This document shows positions 9,797 through 19,319 of a stretch of 64,000 bases of DNA, one piece after another. A program made the position numbers and the translations under genes. The notes under the pieces are model-generated. The model was not told where the DNA came from. It did not search any database and worked only from the letters and a program-made list of their open reading frames with translations. Every line of letters starts with the position of its first letter. Position 1 is the first letter of the stretch. Origin of the DNA: Candidatus Latescibacterota bacterium (GTDB lineage: Bacteria > Latescibacterota > UBA2968 > GCA-2709665); the NCBI GenBank assembly GCA_965208835.1, contig OZ242358.1, forward strand, positions 4,640,001 to 4,704,000. Reading direction: 5' to 3'.

Positions 9797-10687
9797 CTAT
9801 CGGGGCGTGGTCCTGCTGTTGAGGTATTTGAACAGCTCGTTGTCGGCCGGCAGCATCAACGTCGTGTTCCGGTCGATGATCAGGTCGTAGCTGTCCAGCG
9901 CACGGATGAAGCTGTAGAACTCCGGGTCCTGCCGGTATGCCTTGCCCAGCACCGCCATGGCCTCGGCCTCGGCCTTGCCGAGAATGGCGGTTGCTTCCGC
10001 ATGGGCGTCGGCCAGCAGCTTTTCGTGTTCGTTAATGGCCAGGGCCTCGATACGCAGCGCCATTTCCTCGCCCTCGCTGCGATACCGCGCGGCAATACGG
10101 GCCCGTTCCGCGATCATGCGCCGAATGACGCTCGGTCGGTTCTCCGTGGGCAGCGTGTATTCCACGATTCCCGCTTCGATGACCTCGATGCCGTAGCTCT
10201 CTCTGGCAATTGGCGCGATTCTGGCGTGTATTTCACGCGAAGCCTCGTTCAGGTCTTCGTGTTCCAGCCCCAACCCGATAAAGGCGTCGAGAGCCTTGTT
10301 GCTGATGATGATCCCGCTGCTGGACAGATAGAGGTCCTGCAAGCGCTCAACGGCGTTCTTCCCGGTGCGAATCGCCTCGACGAACAAAATGGGGTCCACC
10401 GTCCGCCAGAGCAGGTACCCGTCGACGCGTACGCTTTTCTGATCGTCGGTGATCAGTTCGTGAGGCATGTCGGTCAACGTATGAATACGCCGGTCCACCT
10501 TGTAAATCCTGGAGATCGGCCGAGGCCACTTCAGGTGTAACCCCGGTTGTCTCACCGGCGCCGAAATCCTGCCGAAGTGAGTCAATACGCCCTGCTGGGT
10601 TTCGTGGATAATATAGATGCTGTCGTAGACGATTGCACCGACGATCACAACGAGGGCGGCGGTCATCGTGGCTTTTTTGAGCGTCAT
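9797..10687 (-). CDS. hflC: HflC-like SPFH protein
   Basis: SIYIIHETQQGVLTHFG, PGLHLKWP, RMIAERARIAARYRSEGEE, DPEFYSFIRALDSY. Confidence 0.88.
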   Translation of the reverse strand: MTLKKATMTAALVVIVGAIVYDSIYIIHETQQGVLTHFGRISAPVRQPGLHLKWPRPISRIYKVDRRIHTLTDMPHELITDDQKSVRVDGYLLWRTVDPILFVEAIRTGKNAVERLQDLYLSSSGIIISNKALDAFIGLGLEHEDLNEASREIHARIAPIARESYGIEVIEAGIVEYTLPTENRPSVIRRMIAERARIAARYRSEGEEMALRIEALAINEHEKLLADAHAEATAILGKAEAEAMAVLGKAYRQDPEFYSFIRALDSYDLIIDRNTTLMLPADNELFKYLNSRTTPR

Positions 10688-10838
10688 TAGCTTTACCTCG
10701 TCGGGAAGGGCGTAAAGGTCGCGTGCGTGAGGTCGGCCCGCTGACCCGATGTTATTCTGATCTATCGGCCGCCATCAGATTGGCGTGGTTTCCGGCGATC
10801 CGTACGGAATATGGATTGCGTGCCGGAAATTACCGCGT

Positions 10839-13139
10839 TCACTTTCTTGCGGCCTTTTTCTTGTGGCCCGACGGCGCGCCATGGTTTGATTCGCCGGTCC
10901 TTTTCTTCCACAGCGCGACCTTTTCAAGGCTTTTCTTGTTGGGAACGATTATCTTGGGATTGCCGGCCAACGCCGTCTCCAGTTTTTCCCGCCAGAGCAT
11001 GTTCCTGAGAACGCCAGGCGCGGTTCTGACGGCCCTGGATACCGTGGAAATGGCATCGGCCTCAGCGGCAGACGTCTTCACTTTCCGATAGGCCTCGCCG
11101 TCGGCCTGTTGCACCTCCCACGCCGCGTTTCCGTGCGCCTGTGGCACCAGCGATACAAGGAAGCGCTGTGCATTGACGATAATCCGCTCCCGGTCTTCCT
11201 GGGCGCTGGAAACGTCCCGGAAAGCACTCATGGTTTCCGCCACGGGACTGACACCCAGCAGGTTGACCTTGACGACTTCAACTGTTTTCAGTACCGGATT
11301 CGAGAGATGCAGGTCCCCGTCGAAGTACTTGGTGATATGATCTTCAAGCGTTGCGCGATGCACGTTCAGCAATTTTTCAAGGCCCCGGGCGGAAACGAAG
11401 GAACGCACGTGGGCCTTGACGAAGTCGGAAATGACATTCTGCGGATCCTCCGTGCGATAATGATAGACGTAGGGGTCCTTGACCCGGTATTGCACGTTGA
11501 CGGTGAGGGAAATCAGATTGAGGTCGCCCGACACGTATTCTTCAGGCGTTTCGCACAGAATGGACTTCACTTCCCTGACCGGCCATTTGTCGACTTTGAC
11601 GAAGGGCCAGGGGGCGAGATAGCTCAACCCAGGCTGAATGTCACGCCAGTAGACCTCACCCATAAGCCGGCCGTAGCCCACCGAATCGGGGGGTATGGTT
11701 GTGAATCCGCTGGCCAGGAACAGGAGGAGGAGAAACCCCCAAAACATCTTTCCCAGTGGCGTGGCGGGAGAAAACATCCCCCTGAAGCTTCGCTTGCGCG
11801 TCAGGCGCTCCCAGACCTGACCCCAGGACTTTGCAAGGGGCCGCACGTTGAGAAGCAGATCCTCCCAGCCACTGCGGAGCGCGCCCGCGCGGAAACGCCA
11901 GACTATAAGAGCAATGAGAACCAGCGCGGAGCCCCACTGCAGGAACTGTATCGTCGGCGACTCGGACGGGCCGAGGTACACCGGAATCGTCAGACCCGTG
12001 GCCAGGAGCAGCGCGTCGATCACAATGCCGAGAGCGACTGTGACCGCGATGACCGCAGCTACGTAAATGGTTGCGAAGCGGGCGCCGAACTGGCTGACGA
12101 TGATTGCGATCGTACCGGTGTTGGTGGCCGGCCCGGTCATTAGAAAAATCAGCGCCGCGCCGGGGCTGAATCCCTTGGCAACGAGGGCTGCGGCGATCGG
12201 CGTACTGGCCGATGCGCAGATATAGAGGGGAACGCCGACAAGCACCATCACGGGATAGGAGACCCAGCGGGCATATTCGTTTGTCATCAGGTCGCCCGGT
12301 ATCACCAGGAAGAGTACTCCGCCCAGGGCCACGCCAACCAGAAGCGCAAAGAGGATATCGTCCGCAATCTCCACGAATCCGTAGTGAAAGACATGCTTCA
12401 CGAGCCTTTTAAAGTCGAGCGCGGGACCCTCCGCGGGCTTGTCTCCCGGGGAAGCCTTTCCGGCCTCCTCAGCCTCCAGCGCGTCACGGTAGAACGCCGG
12501 TTTCACCCAGGAAAGGGACTTCCAGCGTCCTGCGACCGTGACGACGCTCTTCAGCCATTGTAAGAAAAGCCCCTTCAATCTCGAAAAGCTGACGTAGCAG
12601 TCGTCAGTTTCCGGAATCAGGGGTTCGTGACAACCGTGATCGTGGTCGTGATCGTGCCCATGGCCATGGTCGTGGTCGTGTTCATCGTGGCCATGGTCCG
12701 ACACGGTTTCTTCGTGGCCGTTACGTATCAGACCGATACAAAAGATGCCGGCGACGACGGCGGTGATGAAGCTGATTACCGGACGGACGACCGCGGCAAT
12801 AAAACCGAAGAAGGCGTTTGTGACCAGAATCGAGTCCGCACCCGTCTCCGGTGCGGTTATCAGGAAGGACATGCAGGACGATCGGGATGCGCCCTTCCTG
12901 CGCATCTCGGCAACCACGGGCACAACGGAACAACTGCACAGCGGCACGGGTACGCCCACGGCCGAACTCACGGCAACGGATTTCAGGCTGTCGTCCTTGA
13001 GCCACCTGAGGATGGCCTCGCGGGAAATAAATACATGGATCAGCCCCGAAAGGAACAGCCCCAGCAACAGCATTGGCGCCAGGAGTAATCCGGACATCCA
13101 GAGAAAATCGAAGAAACTGAACAGCGTCTGCTGTACCAC
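10839..13139 (-). CDS. DUF318/SO_0444-type metal permease fused to C-terminal HflK-like SPFH domain
   Basis: GVPVPLCSCSVVP and PLYICASASTP motifs, FLMTGPATN, His/Asp-rich loop DHGHDEHDHDHGHGHDHDHDHGCH; C-terminal SGFTTIPP...VSGDLNLI...SAFRDVSSAQEDRER...PQAHGNA; GTG start with GGAGG SD. Confidence 0.85.
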   Translation of the reverse strand: MVQQTLFSFFDFLWMSGLLLAPMLLLGLFLSGLIHVFISREAILRWLKDDSLKSVAVSSAVGVPVPLCSCSVVPVVAEMRRKGASRSSCMSFLITAPETGADSILVTNAFFGFIAAVVRPVISFITAVVAGIFCIGLIRNGHEETVSDHGHDEHDHDHGHGHDHDHDHGCHEPLIPETDDCYVSFSRLKGLFLQWLKSVVTVAGRWKSLSWVKPAFYRDALEAEEAGKASPGDKPAEGPALDFKRLVKHVFHYGFVEIADDILFALLVGVALGGVLFLVIPGDLMTNEYARWVSYPVMVLVGVPLYICASASTPIAAALVAKGFSPGAALIFLMTGPATNTGTIAIIVSQFGARFATIYVAAVIAVTVALGIVIDALLLATGLTIPVYLGPSESPTIQFLQWGSALVLIALIVWRFRAGALRSGWEDLLLNVRPLAKSWGQVWERLTRKRSFRGMFSPATPLGKMFWGFLLLLFLASGFTTIPPDSVGYGRLMGEVYWRDIQPGLSYLAPWPFVKVDKWPVREVKSILCETPEEYVSGDLNLISLTVNVQYRVKDPYVYHYRTEDPQNVISDFVKAHVRSFVSARGLEKLLNVHRATLEDHITKYFDGDLHLSNPVLKTVEVVKVNLLGVSPVAETMSAFRDVSSAQEDRERIIVNAQRFLVSLVPQAHGNAAWEVQQADGEAYRKVKTSAAEADAISTVSRAVRTAPGVLRNMLWREKLETALAGNPKIIVPNKKSLEKVALWKKRTGESNHGAPSGHKKKAARK

Positions 13140-13299
13140 TCAATTGCCTCCAGTGCATTGGATGATTCGAATCTTCACCTGGAAGGCATCTCAGAAACAG
13201 AAAACGAACGGCGCCGCAAACCACGCCAGACACGACGCTGTGCCGACCGTCAGTTTCGCCGTCACAATAGTCCGATTCACTTCAGGGATCGGAGCGGAA

Positions 13300-13328
13300 A
13301 TGATACTGACTATCAGATATTAAATCAA
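13300..13328 (-). promoter_or_regulatory. sigma70-like promoter overlapped by a Fur-family box
   Basis: Minus strand TTGATT-17 nt-TATCAT; 13301-13315 TGATACT-G-ACTATCA matches the 7-1-7 Fur consensus TGATAAT-N-ATTATCA at 12/14. Confidence 0.7.
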
Positions 13329-13520
13329 GCACTATATATGTACTAAATATATACTAATACGTGTATTCCATCACCTCGACAAGGGGTCGATATCCGCCTG
13401 GAAAAACGTCGTTTTGGCCGCCCTGACCGAACAGCGGCGTCAGGCCGTTCGCAGCGACGAATCACGCTCCAGGCTGAGCGCTGCCTGGGGCAACGCTCGA
13501 CGTCGGTACAGCGTTTGTTT

Positions 13521-14309
13521 TCAGGGCCTGGAAGGACCGGGGTCGCGGTCGGTCCGGCCCGTACTCCTGACATAGCGCGGGCGGTTGTGTACGGGACGGA
13601 ATCCGACCCTCCTGTAGACCCTTTCGGCGGCGCTGCCGGCCACCACTTCGAGGCCGGTCCATCGATTTCCCATCGAATGTGAATCAACCACCGCGCGGGC
13701 GGTCACGGCGGACGCGACCCCTCTGCGGCGGTATTGAGGCAGCGTACCGATAAAGTCGACACAACCCAAACCGTATTTGGAGTAAAGCAAAGCGGTTCCC
13801 GCAGGCTCGCGATTCAAGTACGCGAGGTAGAGACGGACTTCCGGTATATCCAGAACCCGTCGTCCAATGGCGCCCACGGCGGCCGGAAAGTCAAAGCTGC
13901 GACACATGGTTGTTGCCCAGACTTCGTACCGTCCCGGATCGAGTTCCTCGACCTCAACGGCTTTGGAGCAAGAGGGCCGGACGTCCCGGTCGCAGAGCAT
14001 CGCCACGGCCTGTAAATCAAACGCGAATCCACGTCTTTTCAGCCGTTCGGCCAGATCAGCGGGGCGGTCCAGCGGCGACAGGGTGAACGCACAATCGAAG
14101 TTTCTTTCCGTGAAATGGGCGAGGGCACGGTCGATCATTGGGTCCACCATTGAATCGGGCACGTCAATCTGTACGACGCGATGCAGCATGGGCACTTTGA
14201 CGCTCTTCTTGCTGAATGCGGTAGCCCCGTCCAGGTCGTGGCTATCGCACCAGCTTGCCCGGAACCCGATCCAGAGTTTTTCGAATGTTGTCGTGAATTG
14301 GTCAGACAT
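13521..14309 (-). CDS. GNAT-family N-acetyltransferase
   Basis: IGTLPQYRRRGVAS acetyl-CoA motif, VYRRVGF; start set at MSDQF. Confidence 0.85.
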   Translation of the reverse strand: MSDQFTTTFEKLWIGFRASWCDSHDLDGATAFSKKSVKVPMLHRVVQIDVPDSMVDPMIDRALAHFTERNFDCAFTLSPLDRPADLAERLKRRGFAFDLQAVAMLCDRDVRPSCSKAVEVEELDPGRYEVWATTMCRSFDFPAAVGAIGRRVLDIPEVRLYLAYLNREPAGTALLYSKYGLGCVDFIGTLPQYRRRGVASAVTARAVVDSHSMGNRWTGLEVVAGSAAERVYRRVGFRPVHNRPRYVRSTGRTDRDPGPSRP

Positions 14310-14592
14310 GGGACTGGAAGTCCTCCGGAATCTGTTTCGCTTCCTGAAATACGCATAGGAAATGCGCGTAATCGCCTGCCCCGACGTTGACCTCCTGTCA
14401 GGTTTTAACCGACATCCTTTGCGATAATCCACCAGATTCGTATATTGTCTTTCCTCTGAAAACGGGTCATACATCGGGGAATTGCAACTATTCGCCCTGA
14501 GTTCCGTATAATGATCGTATCGGGCGATTGCTCCTCCGCGTGGACTGATTCACCGGAGCCTTTTGCGAGCGCTGAAGATGAGGTTTTGCACA

Positions 14593-15561
14593 ATGAGGTA
14601 TATCGTTACGGGCAGCAACGGTTTTGTCGGTCAGAGTACATGCCGTCGTCTCACAGAACTCGGACATCACGTTATCGGTGTTGACGATCTGTCTTCCGGA
14701 ACGCCTGCCAACGGCGTGGAGGGCGTTCGATATCACGCCCACAGCGTCGTGGATGCGGACTGGTTTGTGCGACTTCTCAAAAACACGATACCGGACGCGG
14801 TCCTTCACCTGGCGGCGAAGCCGCGCGTTCCGTACTCGGTGCGGAATCCATTGCGCAGCGCGGAGGCGAATGTGATGGGAACACTGTCTGTTCTCAATGC
14901 GATTCTCAAATCCGGGCTGGCGGAGAGGACGCGCTTGGTGTTCGCCAGCAGCAGTGCGGTGTGCGGCGAGGCTTCGGTCCTCCCCACACCGGAAGCCTGC
15001 CCCTCGAACCCGCAGTCGCCCTACGCGCTCGCGAAGTTGCACGGCGAGCAGTGGTGCGACTTGTTTCATCGATTGTACGGGCTGGACGCGGTGAGCCTTC
15101 GATACTTCAACGTCTTCGGACCGGGCGCGCTATTTGGCGGCGCCTATTCGACCGTATTGTCGGCATGGCCTTATGCTCTGTTCGTGGACCCGTCGTACCA
15201 GCCGTTCCTGGAAGGCGACGGTACCCAGACACGGGACTTTTGCTTTATCGACAACGTTGTGGATGCGAATATCGCGGCTGCGACCCGGGAACGCGGATTT
15301 GCGGCGGACGTGCTGAACGTGGGCCAGGGCGAAGCCCACTCCATGCTTGAGGTTAAAGACGTTCTTGAACAGATTGCCGGAAGAGAACTCCGGCTTGAAC
15401 GCCGACCGCCCCGCGCCGGCGACGTCGCTCACACCCTGGCCGACATCTCCCGGGCCCGGCAGGAACTCGGGTTCGAGCCGTCGACGGACTTTTGCAGCCA
15501 GGTTGAACGTACTGCGAAGTGGTACCGCGATGGTTACCCCGAACTGACGGCTGAGCGCTGA
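14593..15561 (+). CDS. NAD-dependent epimerase/dehydratase (extended SDR, nucleotide-sugar)
   Basis: VTGSNGFVG, HLAA, ASSSAV, SPYALAK, LRYFNVFGP, GDGTQTRDF. Confidence 0.92.
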   Translation: MRYIVTGSNGFVGQSTCRRLTELGHHVIGVDDLSSGTPANGVEGVRYHAHSVVDADWFVRLLKNTIPDAVLHLAAKPRVPYSVRNPLRSAEANVMGTLSVLNAILKSGLAERTRLVFASSSAVCGEASVLPTPEACPSNPQSPYALAKLHGEQWCDLFHRLYGLDAVSLRYFNVFGPGALFGGAYSTVLSAWPYALFVDPSYQPFLEGDGTQTRDFCFIDNVVDANIAAATRERGFAADVLNVGQGEAHSMLEVKDVLEQIAGRELRLERRPPRAGDVAHTLADISRARQELGFEPSTDFCSQVERTAKWYRDGYPELTAER

Positions 15562-15812
15562 TGTGCGAAAGAGCGAAACTGAGAGAACCACAAGGAGCCC
15601 ATCCGTCTGATGCGCTCCTTTGCCCTCACCATTGGTCGCGAATTCTCAAAGGGTAATTGTCCCGTTAATCTCGGCACAGAGGGTGTTGTTGCGCAAATGG
15701 TTTTGTGCGTCCAACCGAGTCCACATTTTTCAGTGAGCGGATGTCCGCGTCGGGCACACGGGTATGAAGCTTCTACAAGAGAAGGGTGCCCGGCGGCGTA
15801 TACCGCCAACTC

Positions 15813-15967
15813 GTGTTCTGTCCCGGAAATAAGTTGGCTAAATTCGACCGCTGAGTCGCCCGGCTCGCAAGGCGCCTCCGACCTGCGTATGGTCGGCGAG
15901 CGAGGGGAACGTAGCGAGAAGGGATGAATCGGCGGTCGAATGGTGAGAAATTTTCGGGACAGGACAC
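15813..15967. mobile_element. MITE-like element family C, copy C1 (full length)
   Basis: TIRs GTGTTCTGTCCCGGAAA / TTTTCGGGACAGGACAC; colinear homologue at 48930-49083. Confidence 0.8.
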
Positions 15968-16068
15968 TTACACTGAAGCTCCGAGTTCACTGCGAGAATT
16001 TTACTGGTTGCGGGTAGACGGTTCCTTCGCCTGGGAAGCGAAACCGCAAAGCAAGGAGGGGGTTCAAC

Positions 16069-17439
16069 TTGAGGCTGTGGATGGATGTCATGCGCGATTT
16101 GGAAAGCGTGATGAATGATCACGAGCGCATACTCGACGCCTGGGCTGAGGGCGGCGTGGACGGCGTCGTGTTCGGTCCGCTCGTTTTCGGAACGGCAAGG
16201 CTCTCGAAGCACGCTTTGCCCGCACCCACCGGCGACATTGTGGCGGAGGCCTACGATCCGAATCCGGCTGTGTACGCGCGACTCGGGGTCGAACCGCCGT
16301 CGCCGCCGGAACAGAAGCTGCCCGAGAAAAGGGCCCTGCTGGAAAGGACGATGAACGCCGCCAAGGACCGCGGCATGCAGGTGTATTGCATGTACGCCGA
16401 CGGTGGTGCGGGTCCAGGGGGAAAGGGCCATCAGCTGCACGACGACAGGACGCTGGCATCCCGGGTGGCACGCATGGTCGATACGCTCGAGCACTTCCCA
16501 ATGGCGGACGGCGCCGTGATGGACGGGCCGGAGTGGGGATACGAAATCGCACCTCATCACATGGCCCAACGCTCCTGCTTCTTCCAAGACCTGCCGGAAT
16601 CTGCGGCACCGATGGCCGCGGATCTGGGGTACGACTACGTGGCCATGGTGGCCGCGAAAGACAGGCTGTTGGACCTGTTCCACAATCTCGACCCGGTGCG
16701 CATCCGCGGACACGCCCGGGGCGGACTGGTCGGTGCCCACCGCATGCTGGGTGCCGATTCCGACCTGATGGCTTGGTTGTCGTTCCGCACAGACTCGCTG
16801 ACGCGCTATTTTCGCCGCATCCGGGAAGGCGTCGCCGCCGAACTGGAGCGCCCGGTGCGCCTGGGATGCGGCCCACGCTCGGCGGCCTTCGCGCCCTTGT
16901 GCGGATACGACTTCGTCGATCTGGCCGGGTTCATGGATTTCCTGCTGCCAAAGCACTATTTCTTTCACCGCGGCTTCGACGGCTTCATTGGCACGGTCTA
17001 TCGCTACTCACAGACGCTTTTGGAATGGAATACGGGGATCAGTGTAACCGACACCCTCGATGTTATGCAGGCCCTCTTCGGCATTGTCCTTCCGGGTGTC
17101 GGCGACGATCTGCTCGATTTTGAGAGCGCCCTCAATCCGGAGTTTTTCGAGCAGGTTGTCACGCAGGAGACCCGAAGGGCGCTGGCCTCGGTGGACGACC
17201 CGGAGCGCATCGTGCCCTGGCTTGACACCGGCCGCTTGCCCCACGATGGCGACCCAATGTCGGCGCGCGACCTCAAGATGTTGCTGGACGCCGCCGAGGC
17301 TGCAGGGCTCAGGCGCTTCAACTACCACCACCAGGGCAACCTCAGTGCGGGTGAATGGGTGGTCATCAGCGACAAATGCGGAACCCGCTGGGACCCGCGC
17401 AAAAGCGACTACCAGCCGCCCGACGAGCTGGTGTTGTAG
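16069..17439 (+). CDS. Uncharacterised protein, possibly TIM-barrel / glycoside-hydrolase-like
   Basis: 456-aa ORF, strong SD AAGGAGGGG before TTG; GVDGVVFG and DGAVMDGPEWG segments suggest a barrel; function not recognised. Confidence 0.7.
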   Translation: MRLWMDVMRDLESVMNDHERILDAWAEGGVDGVVFGPLVFGTARLSKHALPAPTGDIVAEAYDPNPAVYARLGVEPPSPPEQKLPEKRALLERTMNAAKDRGMQVYCMYADGGAGPGGKGHQLHDDRTLASRVARMVDTLEHFPMADGAVMDGPEWGYEIAPHHMAQRSCFFQDLPESAAPMAADLGYDYVAMVAAKDRLLDLFHNLDPVRIRGHARGGLVGAHRMLGADSDLMAWLSFRTDSLTRYFRRIREGVAAELERPVRLGCGPRSAAFAPLCGYDFVDLAGFMDFLLPKHYFFHRGFDGFIGTVYRYSQTLLEWNTGISVTDTLDVMQALFGIVLPGVGDDLLDFESALNPEFFEQVVTQETRRALASVDDPERIVPWLDTGRLPHDGDPMSARDLKMLLDAAEAAGLRRFNYHHQGNLSAGEWVVISDKCGTRWDPRKSDYQPPDELVL

Positions 17440-17593
17440 GACGGCACTACGCTTTTCCGGTTTGAGTTCCGGTCACCGCGGCCTCTGGATTGATTCACAC
17501 CCTTCCAGTAACTTTCCAGCTCAGTTTCCCATGCCGGTTCCAAGCGCCGACTCCTTCTCCCGGCGATTCGCGCCATGCTTGGCGCACACAAGA

Positions 17594-17630
17594 AAGGGAT
17601 TATGTCAAAACGACATAATCCCTTGTTTTT
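17594..17630. terminator. Bidirectional intrinsic terminator downstream of tRNA-Val
   Basis: 13-bp stem AAGGGATTATGTC/GACATAATCCCTT, 5-nt loop, T-rich tails on both strands. Confidence 0.85.
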
Positions 17631-17633
17631 AAA

Positions 17634-17710
17634 TGGTGGGCGATACTGGATTCGAACCAGTGACCTCCTGCTTGTAAGGCAGGCGCTCTAACCAGCTGAG
17701 CTAACCGCCC
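17634..17710 (-). tRNA. tRNA-Val (anticodon UAC)
   Basis: GGGCGGTTAGCTCAGCTGGTTAGAGCG-CCTGC-CTTACAA-GCAGG-AGGTC-ACTGGTTCGAATCCAGT-ATCGCCCACCA; cloverleaf with encoded CCA. Confidence 0.97.
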
Positions 17711-18012
17711 ACGGACTTGTCGGATGCCTCGTCGGTCGGTTTTTTCGATTCGCCCAGCAGCAGGCCGAGAGGTATCAGCACGCAATACCCGATGACCAGC
17801 AGAACAGGCGCAAGCGTAAGTGACAGGAAGCCGTCGACGGGCGGTTGGGACAGGCACAGGTAACCGATCAGGATCGTGCCCACGCCGGCGCCAAGAAAGG
17901 TCCAGTTCCTGCGCGAATAAGGCAGCGGACTCCGGGCCGGTTCCCCCCGTTGTGCCTGACTCCTGCGCCCCGCGCGGCCGCGCGGGTGTCTTCCCGTATT
18001 ACGTGTCGCCAT
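17701..18012 (-). CDS. DUF3098-like small two-TM membrane protein
   Basis: PYSRRNW-TM-DGFLSLTLAPVLLVIGY pattern; follows rplS; stop codon lies inside the tRNA. Confidence 0.72.
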   Translation of the reverse strand: MATRNTGRHPRGRAGRRSQAQRGEPARSPLPYSRRNWTFLGAGVGTILIGYLCLSQPPVDGFLSLTLAPVLLVIGYCVLIPLGLLLGESKKPTDEASDKSVGG

Positions 18013-18033
18013 CCGGTTCACCAATCGCGTATC

Positions 18034-18387
18034 TTAAACGCCCCGTTTTTCCTCAATTCTGGCGGCTCTGCCCTGCAGTTCGCGCAAATAGGTAATGCGC
18101 GTCCTGCGGACCTTGCCGCTGCGAATCAATTCGACCTTCGCCACCCGAGGTGAATGGACCGGAAAAATCCGCTCGACACCCACGCCGCCAACCACCATCT
18201 TTCGTACCGTGAAGGTCTCGTGTATTCCGTGGCCCCGGCGCTGGATAACCACGCCCTCGAACATCTGCGTGCGTTCCTTCTCGCCTTCAACCACACGTAC
18301 GTGCACCCGCACCGTGTCCCCGGCGTCGAATGCCGGGAGGTCGGACTTGATTTGTTCTTCCGTTAAGGATTTCAACAACGCATCCAT
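18034..18387 (-). CDS. rplS: 50S ribosomal protein L19
   Basis: [38 protein letters not shown]; SD AGGAG. Confidence 0.98.
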   Translation of the reverse strand: MDALLKSLTEEQIKSDLPAFDAGDTVRVHVRVVEGEKERTQMFEGVVIQRRGHGIHETFTVRKMVVGGVGVERIFPVHSPRVAKVELIRSGKVRRTRITYLRELQGRAARIEEKRGV

Positions 18388-18483
18388 GGAAACACTCCTG
18401 GAACGATGAACGACTCCTGAGGGAAATACCACCGCCCTCATTCGTCCATTTATGCACGGAAATAACCCCGCGACCGGCGGCCG

Positions 18484-19221
18484 TTATTTTCCGCGCCCGT
18501 CAACATCCTCGTTTTCCGGGCCGGCCGTGTCGCCGGCTTCGATTTTTTCGTAAAGATCCGTACGCCGTTTTCGGGTCCGTTGCACGGCCATGTCGTGTCG
18601 CCAGCCTGCAATCCGCTGATGGTCTCCGCTCAGCAGAACATCGGGAACCCGCAACCCCTCGAACTCCCTGGGCCTCGTATACCACGGACAATCCAGAATC
18701 CCGTTCTGGAATGAATCCTCCAGGGCGGATTCCGCGTCTCCCATCGCCCGCGGGATCAATCGCACGACGGCATCCATCAACACCAGTGCCGGTAATTCGC
18801 CGCCACTCAGGACGTAATCGCCGACCGAAATCTCCTCGGTAACATACAACTCGCGAACGCGTTCGTCAATACCCCGGTACCGTCCGCACAAGAGTACCAG
18901 TCCGGGCGCGATGGAAAGTCGGTTTACCGTCTTCTGATCCAGCTGATGTCCGTCGGGCGTCAGGAAAATCACGTGCTCAAGCGGCCGTCCGGCGTCCTGA
19001 ACGGCGGCCAGCGCACGGGCGATCGGTCCCGGCTTGAAAACCATTCCGGCTCCGCCGCCGTAGGGTGTATCGTCCACCGTACGGTGAGCGTCATCGGCAT
19101 AATCCCGCAAATCGTGCGCGATGACGTCTACCAGACCGGTACGGATCGCACGCCCCGTAATACCATAAGCAGCCGCATCCCGGATCAGATCGGGAAATAT
19201 CGTGAGAAAGTCGATATGCAT
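18484..19221 (-). CDS. trmD: tRNA (guanine-N1)-methyltransferase
   Basis: VDDTPYGGGAGMV, CGRYRGIDERV, SVGDYVLSGGELPA. Confidence 0.98.
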   Translation of the reverse strand: MHIDFLTIFPDLIRDAAAYGITGRAIRTGLVDVIAHDLRDYADDAHRTVDDTPYGGGAGMVFKPGPIARALAAVQDAGRPLEHVIFLTPDGHQLDQKTVNRLSIAPGLVLLCGRYRGIDERVRELYVTEEISVGDYVLSGGELPALVLMDAVVRLIPRAMGDAESALEDSFQNGILDCPWYTRPREFEGLRVPDVLLSGDHQRIAGWRHDMAVQRTRKRRTDLYEKIEAGDTAGPENEDVDGRGK

Positions 19222-19223
19222 GG

Positions 19224-19280
19224 CAGTCCGCTGATAAAGTCGCTCCGCAGGCGAGCCCGGATGGGCCTTTCAACGGGCTG
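19224..19280. mobile_element. MITE-like element family B, internally deleted copy B3
   Basis: CAGTCCGCTGATAAAGTCGCTCCGCAGGCGA joined to GCCCGGATGGGCCTTTCAACGGGCTG; matches both ends of 44914-45067. Confidence 0.75.
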
Positions 19281-19319
19281 ATATACCCTGTCCAGTCGCA
19301 TCGCAGCATTTCCCGGCGA

